Shown here: in pieces, positions 61,025 to 64,000 of the stretch
Numbering within the stretch: position 1 is the stretch's first letter
Layout: each line of letters opens with the position of its first letter
Notes under the pieces: model-generated
Seen by the model: the letters and a program-made list of their open reading frames with translations, nothing else
What the model was told of the DNA's origin: nothing
Database searches by the model: none
NCBI GenBank assembly: GCA_964016885.1
Contig: OZ024750.1
Span: 17,298,001-17,362,000 of the forward strand
DNA length: 64,000 bases
Direction of reading: 5' to 3'
Source: Eledone cirrhosa
Lineage: Eukaryota
Translations under genes and position numbers: made by a program

Positions 61025-61165
61025 CCCCCGCGCCCGCCTCATCTCCACCCTGATCGTCTGCTACAGAATTAATAATGGCTGCCTCATTACGTGACAATCG
61101 TCACTGATTGGAGGGACGGCTGTCGAATTGCATGCTGGTCTAGCCCGCCTACGTCACGTCACATA
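61025..61165. promoter_or_regulatory. CpG-rich motif cluster, candidate promoter/enhancer
   Basis: Two CCCGCC boxes, YY1-like aatggctgcc, ttacgtga, reverse CCAAT ctgattgg, acgtcacgtca. Confidence 0.35.
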
Positions 61166-61318
61166 GACATCCCATCACTGGGAAATATAGAAGAAAGTAA
61201 ATAGACAAATATATAAAGTGTGTTGGATGGGTCATACCATATCTCGTGAGAGGGTGGTGGGGTGGAGGCCGGACGTTTCATCACATTAACAGGACTACTA
61301 CTGCTACTACTACTACTG

Positions 61319-61380
<62 letters not shown>

Positions 61381-61381
61381 G

Positions 61382-61416
<35 letters not shown>

Positions 61417-61474
61417 GCTGCTACTACTACTACTACTACTATTACTATTACTACTACTGCTGCTGCTGCTGCTG

Positions 61475-61511
<37 letters not shown>

Positions 61512-61650
61512 CACTATTACTACTGCTGCTGCTGCTACTACTACACTACTACTACTACAACTACTACTACTACTACTGCTACTACTACTACTACTACTGC
61601 TACTACTACTACTGCTACTGCTACTACTATTGCTACTACTGCTACTACTG

Positions 61651-61683
<33 letters not shown>

Positions 61684-62067
61684 TTGGAGGATTGGGGGTA
61701 TTGAGGGTGTTACCTCTAGGAATTGAACTCACGACCAGCCGCCGAACACTCTAACCACTAAACCACACGTTTTGTCTCAGGAAATCAATAAATATTTATT
61801 GGTCGAAAGAAAACTATTGACTTGGCGTTTAGAATTTCTGTGAGTGCCATCTTTGGCAAATATTTGATGTAGAATATAAAGTTCTTCTGGTGTTGTTAGT
61901 AGAGATATAGAACCAACATCTGAAACATGTATATTTTGGGTAAGAGGGAGCAGGGGTGCGGGGGGTGATGGTCATTCAATTATTGGTATATATTGGTGGG
62001 TGGTGGGTGGTGGGTAGTGGAAACATCACCATCGTTACATGTTCAGTAGTAGTAGTGGTGGTGGTGT

Positions 62068-62112
<45 letters not shown>

Positions 62113-62124
62113 CAACTATATATA

Positions 62125-62172
<48 letters not shown>

Positions 62173-62194
62173 CAACTATATATATATATAGTAA

Positions 62195-62240
<46 letters not shown>

Positions 62241-62264
62241 TGCAACTATATATATATATATATA

Positions 62265-62312
<48 letters not shown>

Positions 62313-62324
62313 CAACTATATATA

Positions 62325-62366
<42 letters not shown>

Positions 62367-62382
62367 CAACTATATATATATA

Positions 62383-62433
<51 letters not shown>

Positions 62434-62478
62434 CAGTAGTAGTAGCAACTATTTATATATATATATATGTATATATGA

Positions 62479-62806
62479 TATGAAAAGTTCGGGACCCCCG
62501 ACGACTGAGCTCCGAACATGTCAACAGCTAGATCCGAACTCAGTCGTCAGGGTCCCGAAGTTTTCATATTACCCACTCTACTATCCCAAGTATCGAGTAC
62601 TTTGGGGAGTAATAGTCTAACTAGCTTTTAGCGCCTCCATTCTGATATATATATATATATATAGTCTTTAGTCCAGAAATAGCCGTCGAAACGGCTTGAG
62701 CTCTGCGGTCGGGGTCATACTTTCTCCTATTACCAACTCTACTACCCCAAGTATTGAGTATTCTGGTGCGTTATGGGCCATCTGGTTCCTTACCACAACT
62801 CCTCCG

Positions 62807-62807
<1 letters not shown>
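62479..62807 (+). mobile_element. Two family B elements (62479-62644 diverged fold-back; 62663-62807 single arm)
   Basis: Family hairpin/tail; related minus tail at 42615-42720. Confidence 0.7.
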
Positions 62808-62859
<52 letters not shown>

Positions 62860-63081
62860 TAAAAAAATAATGAATAAAACAAAGAAACAGTTCCTTATAT
62901 TAAACAAAAAAAGTTCATTATTTTACGATCGTTTCTAGGACATATGTGTTAGAATTGGTATGCATATTCATATATATATATATATGATGGCTGCAAACTC
63001 TGGTAAGAGTACTGCAATCGCTTGTCATATTACAGAAAATGGTGCACTTTTAGGCTACGACTAGTCACACAAACCTGTAAC

Positions 63082-63118
<37 letters not shown>

Positions 63119-63121
63119 GAC

Positions 63122-63304
63122 AGTCGATCGATTTTCATCAAATTGCTCTTTCCAATTGCTAATACTATCTATCGGTTGCAACTCCTGGTAGAAAGAGCAA
63201 CGTGAAATAAAGTGTCTTGCTCAAGGACATAACGCATCGCCCGGTCCGGGAATCTAACCCACAACCTCACGATTGCGAATCCAATTCTCTAACCACTCAG
63301 CCAC
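63122..63304 (-). mobile_element. SINE S2
   Basis: Highly similar to 43400-43598. Confidence 0.85.
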
Positions 63305-63760
63305 ATACATACTAGCATGTGTATGTATGTATGTAAATAAAGAAACGTGTATAATTTCGGTGCATGTGGATTTAAGTTTGACACCGCTTGATTATGGCGA
63401 TGAAGTCAACGCTGTGAGAAATACCAATGTGGAAATACGAGGGCAATGGAAGTTAATGGAACAGTCCACTGGGGGATGAAAGACAGGCACTTTATAAGTA
63501 ACTGTCACCTTAAGTGAACGATACCAATAATGATTTACAGTAAAATAACAATTTTACCGCTAGGAGGAGGATATTGTGGTGAAAACATGTCGTAATCTGT
63601 TGATGTAGAGCAAATCTATTCACCTCACTTACTCCCCTTCTACTGACCATCGTCTGTATTTCGGCTCTTCTATCTACTTAGTTTTAGCTTAAGCTTATTA
63701 CAGTAATTTACGTTAGTTTACGTTCGTGTCATCTAACCGTTTATTTAATGTGTGCATATG

Positions 63761-63794
<34 letters not shown>

Positions 63795-63807
63795 TGTGTG
63801 TGTGTGT

Positions 63808-63873
<66 letters not shown>

Positions 63874-63885
63874 TACATGAATATG

Positions 63886-63936
<51 letters not shown>

Positions 63937-64000
63937 AAGTATATATATATATATATATGTGTATATTTACATATACATATATATATATGTACATACACAC

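Overview
Repeat-dominated, gene-poor animal DNA. The SINE families, recognised from memory without a database search, suggest an octopod cephalopod. Much of the window is (TA)n, (TG)n, (ACAT)n and triplet repeats, so nearly all listed ORFs are artefacts. Recognisable mobile DNA: an internally deleted maT-like Tc1/mariner element with perfect 26-bp TIRs (16505-17396), hAT-like and Tc2-like MITEs, about 25 SINE copies or fragments, LINE fragments (RTE, R4/Dong, CRE, L1/Tx1), two minisatellites and an 874-bp tandem duplication. One candidate Asn/Ser/Thr-rich coding exon lies on the minus strand (46198-46819). The main signal is about 30 short (100-500 bp) non-coding inserts from at least six sequence-unrelated families, sitting in (TA)n tracts. 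Five families carry complete type I hammerhead ribozyme folds with a palindromic helix III, and compensatory changes are seen in two of them. Many inserts form a copy-specific fold-back, and most families share a GAGTRC 3'-tail motif. One copy retains a CCAAT/TATA(-30)/Inr promoter starting at the ribozyme edge. These are best explained as Penelope-like pLTR/retrozyme elements that target TA microsatellites. All folds were made by eye and cleavage is untested.
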